DNA of 63,708 nucleotides, filler included, from Octopus bimaculoides (taxonomy: Eukaryota): the NCBI RefSeq assembly GCF_001194135.2. It is 5 parts of 5 records of this genome, joined end to end, with 100 filler letters (N's around TTAATTAATTAA, not from the genome) between each part and the next. Parts side by side here need not be neighbours in the genome. Positions count along the whole stretch, not along the records: positions 35,373 to 55,529 come from NC_068989.1; positions 55,630 to 62,439 come from NC_068993.1; positions 62,540 to 63,708 come from NW_026405514.1; 2 more parts are not named here. One strand, 5' to 3'. Under the pieces are notes generated by a model that was given only the letters and a program-made list of their open reading frames with translations, was not told the DNA's origin and did not search any database. This document shows positions 51,117-63,708 of this stretch, in pieces. The position numbers and the translations under genes are program-made. Position 1 is the stretch's first letter. Each line of letters starts with the position of its first letter.

Positions 51117-51505
51117 TCTATATACTACTAAAACTCTGTGATTGTGTGCTTGCTTGCGTGCTTGCGTGCTTGTCTGTAATTGAATAGGGCCAAACCGGCG
51201 CATAATGGGATAATACTCTGAATGTAAGGTACCCCTGAAAAGTGAATACAAACAGTATAAAGCAAGTTTCGAGGAAATCGGACCACGGATTCCCAAGATA
51301 AGTAGTTTTTGGGATACCTTCATAAATAGCCAAAACAGCGCATAATGTCACCTGGGGAAATAGAACTGGATCCAGTTATACAGGTAAACCGTAGCTTTAT
51401 TTAGACCCTGTGCATACGTGCATCTATGGCATCTTTATTCAAAACAACAATTGCTTAGACCCATCCTGCACCACTCCCTTGCGGGTCGGATATTGTATAG
51501 CTAGC
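51117..51505 (+). mobile_element. Possible non-autonomous Helitron-like element
   Basis: TCTATATACTACTAAAACTC start followed by GCTT/GCGT simple repeats. A CTAG preceded by a weak GC hairpin lies near 51500. Confidence 0.3.
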
Positions 51506-51567
51506 TGTGTTGCATCCACCAGTGCAGGTTGCATCCACCAGTGCAGGTTGCATCTACCATTGCATGC

Positions 51568-51619
<52 letters not shown>

Positions 51620-54600
51620 ACTTATAAATAAAACTTCTAATACCCTATAGTGTTATTTACTACTTGGTAGTTGTTTCTAATTAAATCGTGAAACCTCTTC
51701 GGGGTTATTTATTGTTAAAAAATTACACGGAATGTCTATGTTGCTATGCTTGCAGCGTTGACAATATTATCTGACAGTATATAATATTCATGAAGGCAGT
51801 GAGCTGGCAGAATCATTAGCACGCCGTGCTAAATGTTTATTAGTATTTAGTTCCTCCGAAATCGCTAGCCTTAGGCCAAATTTGAAACTGATTTTTAATA
51901 TTCATTGTAAACTCGGGGATTCTAGTACGTTACGCATATTATTTACGAGGAAGATTTGAAGACATCTTTTGAAATATCTATGACGAAATTACAGGGGATT
52001 AGATATCTAATTATATTCATAAGTAGATTACAATACGATAACACAGTTCTCGTTATATTATTTGTTTACATGGTTTCTTTTTTTTATTAATATAGTTCAT
52101 ATTATTTCCTGAATAAAAATAACGTTTCATGATTTGCATGAGTTCGTTTGAAAATTAAAAATTGTAGCAACAAATTTTCTTTTGATCTGAATCAACAAAA
52201 TCCCCAAACATTTAGACTTTGTGATTTTACTTTGATATCGAAGTTTTTAAGATATATTTTTTAACTTTCAATTTATTGTTTGTTTTAATATTACTCTTTA
52301 TTTTTATTATTCATAAAAAAACTTTAATCATGATGCAGCTGCTTAAATGTCGCTTAATTAATTCACAATATTTCGTGATTCGTTGAATGGTTTCTCTATT
52401 ATTATTATTCTTTTTTTTTCTTATTCGTATTTATTTGATTGTTCACTCAACTCTGTAGGCGAAACAATAAGAAAGAAATGTTTCTCCGTTACGTATTAAC
52501 CTACTTCTACGGAAATTTTATTATTTTGTTTTGGTTTTGATTCGCTGTGTTTCTGAAACATCTGCGATATTAATGTTACAAGTACTTCTATTTACATTGT
52601 TTCATGCACGGTAATGTTTAGGTTATGATACATAAATTGAATTTATTAAGCTAAATTAACAAATAACAAGATAGCAGTATTATTATTTAAACAAAGGGGC
52701 ACGTAACTGAACACATACAGCACATGAAAGAAGATATAGAACTGAATCAATTAATTTACACCGTTCGAAACTGTTTATTGTTTACAAGTAGAATCGAGTA
52801 TATTGTTTATGTATTTTGGGCGGGAGAATATTTTGACGCTACTCTCTATCAGTTTTCTTTCTCTTGTGCAATATATTGAAATGTTTACTTTAAATGGCAG
52901 GGAGAAGAGAGGGGATACTTTTAATAAAAGAGAATTGTGACTTCTTTTCGCAGTAACAATTACTTTACTGATATTAATTGTGAATATATTTCACAATGCT
53001 TGAATATTTTAAGTAAACAATTATGCAAAAAGTCTTTTATGTAAATCTTTCTATGGCTCACTCTATAATGAAACACAAACACTTTATGTAATATTTGAGA
53101 ATATAGCTCCAGTTTTCAAAAACTCGAATAAATATTGTGAATTCTAAAATTATAATATGCTGTGTGCAGATCACGTTGTAGTTATCAATAATGTAGTTTA
53201 TAATATCAGCTCTCATCAGTCACAAAATGAATGAATTCTCAGCCATCAACATCTCACTATTTTTTGCCGATGTAGTGTATCCAAAATCATATCAAGAACA
53301 GTATTTTTGCTGATATTTCTAGAAGGTCGATCGACTTTATAGAGGCTATTTCATCAAGACTGGGTTAAATCCTGCTTTATGTCATCAATCAGAACACCCT
53401 ATCTCTGTTTAGCCCTGAATCAACCTTGATTGCTTAGACCGATAATCAAAAGCAATCCATTCATTTCTAGTAGGTACGTCACCACATATGTTCTCATTCA
53501 AGTCACGAACCTCATAATATTGTAAATTCAATGAGCATCGTATAAATGGTACAATATTTCCAGCATTAACGTATTTCTTTTGAACGTATGACACTTTTTC
53601 CGTTTGGTCTCTCTGATAAAGCGTCAGTCATAAACCCTACAATTTTCTTAGGCCTCCGAGTTTGTTGGAAGAAAGAGACGGATTTCTCTACAAATCGGAA
53701 TCCTGATCCAAAACCTTGCAACATTGAACAACACTAAAGATTTTTGAGGATTGAATGCTAGGATTATGTAGAGTGACGAATTAAATTTACCAGCCAAGAA
53801 TCCAAATACAAAATCCGGAACGAATGGTACAATACATCTTGTATGATCCTCGGAAAATTCTACTGATCCATCACCTCAGACTGGTATTTTATTTTCTCGG
53901 AACTGACGGCTGAAGAGTAACATTGAACTTAATGTGCACGGAGTGGGTACAAAAAAAACCCAAAGGCATTTTGTCCCATGCTCTTCTGTCTCGGAGAATT
54001 CTTCAGAAATATCAGTCAAATTATCCTTAAAACGCACTATATTGTTTTCAAGTAAGCGAGAGACATCATTATACTTATCCTAAATGGACGGGCTGGACAT
54101 GGCTGGTAAAACTTTCGTGGTAGGTCTGCTCCATTAGAGTTCATCTGGAACCAATCAATGAAATTGCCTAATCACTGAACTAGTCTGTTCACTAGGAGTA
54201 ATCAATATCATCAACTTTAATACTACCATTACCAGCAACATAATATATGTTAGATCACTTACATAGCAGCGTCAAAGTAAAAGTTTTGTAACTTCCAGTA
54301 TTCTAAGAATTACAAGTTATTATCTGCAATGTAAATTCTCAAAATAAATGACGCTTTAATGTAAGTCACCTCACGTTTCTCAAACTCAATTGAATATTTT
54401 ACCAGCTAACAAACTATAGAAAATGCTTCATTGCTCTACGCAGACCTGAGTGCTAAATAATCCGGTCACAACCTTCACCATAGCATTTAATTAGAATTAT
54501 TTCATTTAGATAGTATTGATTCGTAATGGATACTTGATAAGAAATAACATTTATTTTAAATAGAATTCTCGTATTATGATGGGTCATATGAATCGTGTCT

Positions 54601-55129
54601 TTCCCTTACATGTTATGTGTTTATGCAAATACAACTGTTCAATATATTTACCCGTTTCTAACTGAGAAGGACAGACGAATTGTAATGGAGATGTATTTAC
54701 TTCCAATTCCAGGAAACTACATATTATTTAAATCTTTAATTTGGTCTCTCATTGCAAATCACAGAAAAGATATACTGACCGACAAACTGGATGAGAACAA
54801 ATATTTAATATTTAATATTTACAGATAGTGTTGTTGAGGGTGGCGTTGTTGTCGGTCTACTAGAGGCTCCCACATTTCTATTGCCCCAAGTAGAACATGC
54901 TTAATTCTAGATGTGTATAATAGTTGCATTCTCACATAAACTAGGGAATCGTAAGAGCGCAATGTAGAAACCTTGGCTATTTCTCTCTTCATTGTCCATA
55001 TTTATTTCTGCAAAGCTACTGTTGTTCTTGTTGTTGGTTAGATTAAGATTAGTTTTTTTACGATCAAAAGCTTGTCCCCTCTATCTTTAGTTCCATTTGA
55101 GCAATAAAGAAATAAATATATTTTTCTAT

Positions 55130-55340
55130 TAAAGGCACAAGTCCTGACATTTTGGGGTCAGGGGAGAGGATTAGTCGATTAGATTGACACCAGTACGTAA
55201 CTGGTACTTAATTTATCGACCCCGAAATGATGAAAAGCAAAGTCGACCTCAGCAGAATTTGAACTCAGAAGGTACGTACAGACGAAGTACCACTAAGCAT
55301 TTCACCCGGCATGCTAACAATTCTGCTGGCTCGCCGCCTT
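55130..55340 (-). mobile_element. SINE family B
   Basis: ACTGGTACTTAATTTATCGACCCCGAAA..CTGGCTCGCCGCC. Confidence 0.85.
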
Positions 55341-55440
55341 TAACTGTCACAATATAGAAACATTTCTCATGATACCAGCACACAATTTACAGATGCTTAC
55401 ATTTTTTATATTTTCCTTAAATTTTTTACGAGCCCAGCTA

Positions 55441-55529
<89 letters not shown>

Positions 55530-55629
55530 NNNNNNNNNNNNNNNNNNNNNNNNNNNNNNNNNNNNNNNNNNNNTTAATTAATTAANNNNNNNNNNNNNNN
55601 NNNNNNNNNNNNNNNNNNNNNNNNNNNNN

Positions 55630-56488
55630 GCTACTGTTAATACAATTATAGTGCAATTCAGAAGCGATGAAAAAGAATCAACAGAGTCTCGTCCCGGCCC
55701 ACCGGAGCGGAACGGAAGCTTCGCTGTTTGAAGTGAATTGTGGAAAACGAACCTCGTACGAAGTTTTCTGACATTGTAAAACAGCTTGAAGTTAGTCCAA
55801 GAACAGAACATATCTGCATAAACTTCAACCAATTAATATCACGGAAAGAAAAAAATGGGTTAAGGAGATGTCAGAAAAATCCAGTTCATTTTGGGATAGA
55901 GTGATTTTCTCTGATGAATCCAGATTTGCATTATTTTCAAATAGTGGGCATGTTTGTGTCTGGAGGCTTCCCAATCAAGAATTTGATTTGAAACTACTCC
56001 ACCCAACTGTGAAACATGGTGGTGTCTCTATAATGGTATGGAGAGCTGTCACCAGCAATGGTCAATCTGAGCTGATCGAATGTGTTGGAACAATAAACTC
56101 TGAAAAATACATCGAAATACTTAAGCAAGGACTACTTCCGATGTACTCACACGATAACATAACGAAAAATGAGATTTTACTCATGGAAGATGGGGCTCTA
56201 AGCCAAACAGAGAAAAGGAATCAAGAATGGCTGACTGAAAATGGGATGAAAAAGCTTCCGTGGCCGAGCCAATATCCTGACATGAACCCAATTGAAAATC
56301 TTTGGAGCATACTAGATAGATCTATACGAAAAACTCGACAGAAACCTAAATCTAAAGATGAATTGTTTCGATTGTTGCGTGAAAAGTGGGCAGAAATTCC
56401 ACAGGAGACAATCACAAATCTCATCAGTTCTATGCGACAAGCAGTTTCTGAATTAAAAACTGCAAAGATAATGTCAACTAAATACTAA
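55630..56488 (+). pseudogene. Tc1-family (DD34E) transposase; catalytic domain open (55868-56488), N-terminal DNA-binding part disrupted
   Basis: FSDESRF, TVKHGG.SIMVW, EDGA followed 34 aa later by E in WPSQYPDMNPIENLW. Upstream 55630-55850 has broken HTH-like pieces. Confidence 0.9.
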
Positions 56489-57004
56489 ATTATGTAGTCC
56501 TACCTTTCGATTACATTTCAATTGTTCTCTTTGCGTATTAAATAAAAGATTTTGAAANNNNNNNNNNNNNNNNNNNNNNNNNNNNNNNNNNNNNNNNNNN
56601 NNNNNNNNNNNNNNNNNNNNNNNNNNNNNNNNNNNNNNNNNNNNNNNNNNNNNNNNNNNNNNNNNNNNNNNNNNNNNNNNNNNNNNNNNNNNNNNNNNNN
56701 NNNNNNNNNNNNNNNNNNNNNNNNNNNNNNNNNNNNNNNNNNNNNNNNNNNNNNNNNNNNNNNNNNNNNNNNNNNNNNNNNNNNNNNNNNNNNNNNNNNN
56801 NNNNNNNNNNNNNNNNNNNNNNNNNNNNNNNNNNNNNNNNNNNNNNNNNNNNNNNNNNNNNNNNNNNNNNNNNNNNNNNNNNNNNNNNNNNNNNNNNNNN
56901 NNNNNNNNNNNNNNNNNNNNNNNNNNNNNNNNNNNNNNNNNNNNNNNNNNNNNNNNNNNNNNNNNNNNNNNNNTTGTGGGTGTGTGTGTGTACGTGTGTA
57001 TATA

Positions 57005-57230
57005 TGAATCTGGATAAACTGGGATTTTCAGAAAGAGAAATTGACCGGCTGATTCGTACATTACAAGTCCAAACTGTCAGTGGAACAGTAAAATTATGTA
57101 AGACTTTTCTCAAGTTCCAAATGTGAATTTGTCTGTGTTAACTACATCCCAAAGTGGAAGATCTATAATAATTAAAAAATAGAAGAGACATACATACATA
57201 CATACATACATACATACATACACATACATA
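57005..57230 (+). mobile_element. Non-LTR retrotransposon 3' end with (TACA)n tail
   Basis: NLDKLGFSEREIDRLIRTLQVQTVSGTVKLCKTFLKFQM*, followed by a short UTR and (TACA)n. Clade uncertain. Confidence 0.45.
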
Positions 57231-57811
57231 CACAGAGTCGCAAATAAACACTATATCAACTTTTAGAACAACTATGGTCTTGGATATTTTAGTAGAAGTG
57301 ACGCTATCTTCGTTTGAACAGGAAACGACGTTTCTGCATGTATGTATATGGAGTATGCATATATCTAGTTATGCGTGTATAGTTGATATTGAGGTACGTA
57401 GAACCTACCTCTTCGTAGTTTTGCCTGATGTCTTCATGGATGTCTGTAAAGTTTTACAATAGAAAACAATCTCATGATATCGTCTAAACTATCTTTGACA
57501 CTCTATGCTAGGAACAATGCCGCCGGACAATGCTGAACAAAACGGTGGGATAATTTCAAAAAATAATTTCAAAAACTTGGTACACGATGGAGACTTCATT
57601 AATGAAAATCATGCAATCTAAATACCTTTTATATTCACACTATCTAAATACTTCCATGTATCCGTCTTATCAATGAACCAGTCAATGAATGAATGAATGA
57701 ATTTATCTCTCTTTCTCTCTCACTCTCTCTCATTCTCTCTAACTATGAACGTAACTATCGTTCTATCTATACCTATATATATATATATCTGTCTGTCTAT
57801 CTATCTATCTA

Positions 57812-57932
<121 letters not shown>

Positions 57933-58979
57933 CTATCTCCGTGGTCTTTTCCGTAGTCTTTTCTCTCCACGGATAAACCTAATCTGTTCCCCGTTTTTTA
58001 CATTGACTGTGATACACGATCCCTATTGATCGCCCCCCTCCCACGTTTTTTTTCTTCCCGCGATCCCTTTTGATCGAAATCCCCACCTTTTTTTCCGCGA
58101 TCCCTTTTGATCGAAATTATCCCCCCCTCCCAAGAAAAGCTCTACTTTGTAATTTGTCCATTTTCTGTATTTAGCTCTGTGTAGCTATAATAAAAAGATA
58201 TCTATCTCTCTCTCTATATATAGATAGATAGTTAGATAGATAGATAGATAGATGGATAGGTAGATAGATAAATAGATAGATAGATAGATAGATAGATAGA
58301 CATACATAGACACAAACGCGCGTGCGCACACACACGCACCCACAAGCATATTCCCTCACAACAAGAGGGTTGGTCACAGTTTTCCGTTTAACTGCCATCG
58401 TTTAGCTCCGGCAGTAATACATGGAGCTGAAACTTGAAAGTTATTTCAACTTTTCCTTGATAGAAAAGTATAAAAAAACAAGAATTGCGATACTTTACTT
58501 AAATATAATGATTGATAATTCCGTCGAAGTTTATACACATACACGCACGTGCGCCCGTATATATGTATTTATATGTATGCACACACACACACAAACACAT
58601 ATGTGTGTGTGCGTATGTGTTTACGTAGATACATGTATATATCATTGTGTGTGAGTGTAAGTCATTGGGTTACTGTTCTTCTGTGTGCACGTGCAAGTAT
58701 GCTTGTTGTATTGATAAGAGAATTCTGTCAGGTCAGTGACCTCTACTCTAGCTATTTTGTTTCTTCTGCATAAGTGAAGAAAGTTTCTATAATAACACTT
58801 TTAAAACACTTTGTTTTCTACAAGAAACAAGCAAAAAAAAAAAAATAACTAAAGAAAGACAAAAACAACAACAAAAATGCGAAATAACATTGAACGAAGG
58901 AAAGAAACACAACGTTGATTTCTCTTGACCAGAGTGTTTTCTGAAGGAATTACATATATACATACATATGCATGTTGTA

Positions 58980-59019
<40 letters not shown>

Positions 59020-59866
59020 NNNNNNNNNNNNNNNNNNNNNNNNNNNNNNNNNNNNNNNNNNNNNNNNNNNNNNNNNNNNNNNNNNNNNNNNNNNNNNNNN
59101 NNNNNNNNNNNNNNNNNNNNNNNNNNNNNNNNNNNNNNNNNNNNNNNNNNNNNNNNNNNNNNNNNNNNNNNNNNNNNNNNNNNNNNNNNNNNNNNNNNNN
59201 NNNNNNNNNNNNNNNNNNNNNNNNNNNNNNNNNNNNNNNNNNNNNNNNNNNNNNNNNNNNNNNNNNNNNNNNNNNNNNNNNNNNNNNNNNNNNNNNNNNN
59301 NNNNNNNNNNNNNNNNNNNNNNNNNNNNNNNNNNNNNNNNNNNNNNNNNNNNNNNNNNNNNNNNNNNNNNNNNNNNNNNNNNNNNNNNNNNNNNNNNNNN
59401 NNNNNNNNNNNNNNNNNNNNNNNNNNNNNNNNNNNNNNNNNNNNNNNNNNNNNNNNNNNNNNNNNNNNNNNNNNNNNNNNNNNNNNNNNNNNNNNNNNNN
59501 NNNNNNNNNNNNNNNNNNNNNNNNNNNNNNNNNNNNNNNNNNNNNNNNNNNNNNNNNNNNNNNNNNNNNNNNNNNNNNNNNNNNNNNNNNNNNNNNNNNN
59601 NNNNNNNNNNNNNNNNNNNNNNNNNNNNNNNNNNNNNNNNNNNNNNNNNNNNNNNNNNNNNNNNNNNNNNNNNNNNNNNNNNNNNNNNNNNNNNNNNNNN
59701 NNNNNNNNNNNNNNNNNNNNNNNNNNNNNNNNNNNNNNNNNNNNNNNNNNNNNNNNNNNNNNNNNNNNNNNNNNNNNNNNNNNNNNNNNNNNNNNNNNNN
59801 NNNNNNNNNNNNNNNNNNNNNNNNNNNNNNNNNNNNNNNNNNNNNNNNNNNNNNNNNNNNNNNNNN

Positions 59867-59901
<35 letters not shown>

Positions 59902-60597
59902 CGTGGTTGTCCAGCATGGCCGCAGTCAAATGAGTGAAACAAGTGAAAGAATATATACATGCATACAAATAGGAATACATTTCATGAGAAAATATTACAA
60001 AAAATTTAGAAAACATTCTTTGTAAGGTACTACAAAATTAATATTTATACACGATACTTAAATAGATAAACATACTGAGAACTACACAGACACACAGACA
60101 CAAACACATACGCAAAGATACAAAAGTATCTATTTATCGACAATAGGTACTACCATATAATATTGTCACTGATTCTCTCTTAACTAAATGTACTAGTTAA
60201 TATTAACTGCTTTTCCCATTAGTCAAGTGTAGTATTATATTATTAGTAAACAGGCGACTGCTGCAACTTCAGCTACAGCCGTAGGTTTTACGTAAAACTG
60301 GAAATGTTAACGAGGAGATTTTATAAATAATATTTCTTTACTGTCAACAATTTTGTGTATGTTATAGATGTCTGAATGTACACAATTGTTAATAGTATAT
60401 TAACCACTTAATAGTCATTAATTAAACTTCTTTAAAATAGTTTACTTGAATTTATAAAAATTACTTAAAATCTTAGCGATATAACTTACGTATGTATTAT
60501 GCTCGCTGTTTACATTCTAATATATCTCAACTCTGTGTGTGAGTCTATATATACGTATATATATATATACATATTTATATACAGATTGATACATATT

Positions 60598-60629
<32 letters not shown>

Positions 60630-61007
60630 TAAATGTATGTAGATATATATATATATATGTATATGTGTGTGTGTGTGTACATATATGAATATATATATAT
60701 ATATATAAATAAACATATTTATATATATATGTATACATACATATATANNNNNNNNNNNNNNNNNNNNNNNNNNNNNNNNNNNNNNNNNNNNNNNNNNNNN
60801 NNNNNNNNNNNNNNNNNNNNNNNNNNNNNNNNNNNNNNNNNNNNNNNNNNNNNNNNNNNNNNNNNNNNNNNNNNNNNNNNNNNNNNNNNNNNNNNNNNNN
60901 NNNNNNNNNNNNNNNNNNNNNNNNNNNNNNNNNNNNNNNNNNNNNNNNNNNNNNNNNNNNNNNNNNNNNNNNNNNNNNNNNNNNNNNNNNNNNNNNNNNN
61001 NNNNNNN

Positions 61008-61044
<37 letters not shown>

Positions 61045-61879
61045 ACATACATATATATAAATATATGTTGATATGTATATATATTTCTCTCAAAGTTTTA
61101 CATGGACTTACTTCCTTAAGTTTATTGTATATAACTGCGGATATCTCCTCATCTACATATTGCAGTTCAATAGAGTATGTGTACGAAATAATGTTCTTCC
61201 TATGTAAAGGGTAGCATCATGACTAACTTACCGGCACTTCTGCACATTCTTGAAGTTAAGTTGAGAAAATATCTGCAACTGTTTCTCCGACCAAAATTGT
61301 GCAAATAACTGGTGCATTGGCTGCTGCACATATAACACCATGCTATGTGCATGCGTGCATATTTATAGCAAACTTTAATCATTTAAATATATATATAATA
61401 GTTTGATCATATGTGATTATGGATGTGGGTGCGCGTGGTTGTTTCTGGCAAAGAGACACAATGCATTTGCATGGGAGAAAGTATTTGTATGCACATACAG
61501 TAACACACGGAAAAACATGTATACCTGTGCTCATAAATACGTCCCGCAATAGCTCAGAAAATTTTGCAGGTTTCATCAAATAAATGTGTGTGACGATGTT
61601 AGGGTTTCATCAAAATCAAACTCGAAAACATGAAGACACTCAAAAGTATATATGCATGTGTGAGTATATATGATTATACGTAAGTATACACAAACGCATT
61701 CATAGATTTATATACATTACATATATACTCATACACACTAACACACTCAAATATATGGTATTATTACTTAAAATATTGCATATATTAAATAATCCTAAGT
61801 CCATTTACAGTAAGTTTATTTGCTTTTATAGGTGTAGAAGGTAGAACACAAACCCGAATAAAATATTCTGCCCAATACA

Positions 61880-61929
<50 letters not shown>

Positions 61930-61973
61930 CAGGTATGTATGTACATATATATTTATATATATATATGTGTATA

Positions 61974-62031
<58 letters not shown>

Positions 62032-62146
62032 GGCTAAACTGGCAATAGATATAGATATATTTATATATATCTATATGTATACATATACACATATATATAT
62101 GAATATAAATATATATTCTTATATATATACGTAATATATATATATT

Positions 62147-62177
<31 letters not shown>

Positions 62178-62179
62178 GG

Positions 62180-62211
<32 letters not shown>

Positions 62212-62401
62212 ATGTGTGTGTGTCGTGAGGAAATTTTTGAACTATAGTTTGTACAATATTCATAGTCATACCAGGGATATATATTCCTTCGTATATTATA
62301 TTCTATATCAGTTTTGTGCTGACTTATGTTTGTAAAATATATCAGGTATATATGTACACTTATGTATACAAGTATATATGTGTACATATATGTAAATATA
62401 C

Positions 62402-62439
<38 letters not shown>

Positions 62440-62539
62440 NNNNNNNNNNNNNNNNNNNNNNNNNNNNNNNNNNNNNNNNNNNNTTAATTAATTAANNNNN
62501 NNNNNNNNNNNNNNNNNNNNNNNNNNNNNNNNNNNNNNN

Positions 62540-63516
62540 ATTGCTTAACAGAATGCACATGTCAGAAATGGTTTTAAAAATTCTGTTCTCAAGACTTTTC
62601 ACTCAAAGATGACCAATGTTCAGGTCAACCTACTGAAGTTGATTATGACCAAATCAAAGCTACTATTGAGTCTGATTGTCATAACTGTATGAGAGATTGC
62701 AGAAAGGTTAAATGTATCACACACAACAATTGAAAATCACTTAAAATGTCTTGGACTTGTTAAGAAGCTCGATATTTGGGTTCCACATAAATTGAAAGAG
62801 ATTCACTTAACACAATAAATCAATATTTGCAAAATGCATCTCAAACGCAATGAAATCGCCATTTTTTTAAAAAATGGATTGTCTACAATAGCATCAATTG
62901 AAAATGAACATGGTCCAAGTGTAATGAACCAGCACAAACCACATCAAAAGCTGAATTGCATTATATTGTCAATTTGGTAGGATTACAAAGGTGGTGTTGC
63001 ATATTTTGAGTTGCTTCCAAGGAACCACACAATCAATTCAGATATTTACTGTCAACAACTAATGAAACAGGAGGAAGCAATAAAAAAAATTTTTTTAAAA
63101 ACAGCCAGGATTGACAAATCATAAAGGAATTGTGTTCCACCATGACAACGCTAGACCAGTCACGTCTTTGCTAACTCGTGAAAAGTCATTGGAGCTTGGT
63201 TGGGAAGTGATGTCACGTCCATCATATAGTCATGACCTTACACCATCAGATTACCAGTTATTTCAAAGTTTGCAAAATCCTTTGAATGGTAAAACTTTCA
63301 ATAATGATGATGACCTGAAATCGCACTTGCTTCAATCTTTGGCTGATAAGGGCCAGAAGTTCTATGAGTGCAGAACCCTGAAGTTGCCAGGAAGATGGCA
63401 AAAGATCATCAAAACAAATGGAAAATATATAACTGATTAAAGTTCATTCTTTGTATGAAAAACAAAATGACATTTGTTTCACACTAAAAATACAAACTTA
63501 CTTTCTTGCCAACATG
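62540..63516 (+). pseudogene. Degenerate mariner (DD34D) transposase with right TIR remnant
   Basis: CQKWF..WVPH..HHDNARP followed 34 aa later by D in PSDYQLF..GRWQKII..NGKYI. Frameshifts; the ITGDEK (first Asp) segment appears deleted. ACTTACTTTCTTGCCAAC TIR-like end. Confidence 0.92.
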
Positions 63517-63529
63517 TATACACATGTAT

Positions 63530-63680
63530 TATCATCATCATCATCATCATTTAATGTCTGTTTTCCATCCTGGCATGGGTTGGACAGTTTGACAAGAGCT
63601 GGGCAGTCAGGGAGCTCGCCAGAATCCAATTGTCTCTTGTGGCATGCTTTCTATGTGGCTGAATGCCCTTCCTAATGCCA
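63530..63680 (-). mobile_element. Retroposon 3' end with (GAT)n tail (RTE-related LINE/SINE)
   Basis: Minus TGGCATTAGGAAGGGCATTCAGC..CCCATGCCAGGATGGAAAACAGACATTAAATGATGATG. Confidence 0.55.
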
Positions 63681-63708
63681 TATATATATATATATATATA
63701 ATATATAT

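Overview
AT-rich, gapped, microsatellite-dense eukaryotic DNA with no intact multi-exon gene that I can support. The SINE families look like those I recall from Octopus (recognition only, not database-verified). Most of the window is transposon-derived: at least four tRNA-derived SINE families, Tc1 (DD34E) and mariner (DD34D) remnants, an internally deleted MULE, several MITEs with clear TIRs/TSDs, RTE and other LINE fragments, and Penelope-like fragments. Almost all long ORFs in the track are artefacts of N-gaps or microsatellites. The most notable observations are: (1) a branchpoint-polypyrimidine-CAG|GTAAGT zero-length splice junction on the minus strand at 47325/47324, a candidate recursive-splicing site suggesting the window lies in a very long intron; (2) four minimal type-I hammerhead-ribozyme-like folds; (3) a SINE-5S rRNA-SINE-tail chimera; (4) a 5'-inverted (twin-primed) RTE LINE with a 10-bp TSD; (5) a MITE with a perfect 37-bp TIR, an 8-bp TSD and internal (CCCTAA)5; (6) a mariner with two left ends. 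No CRISPR array or prokaryotic features were seen.
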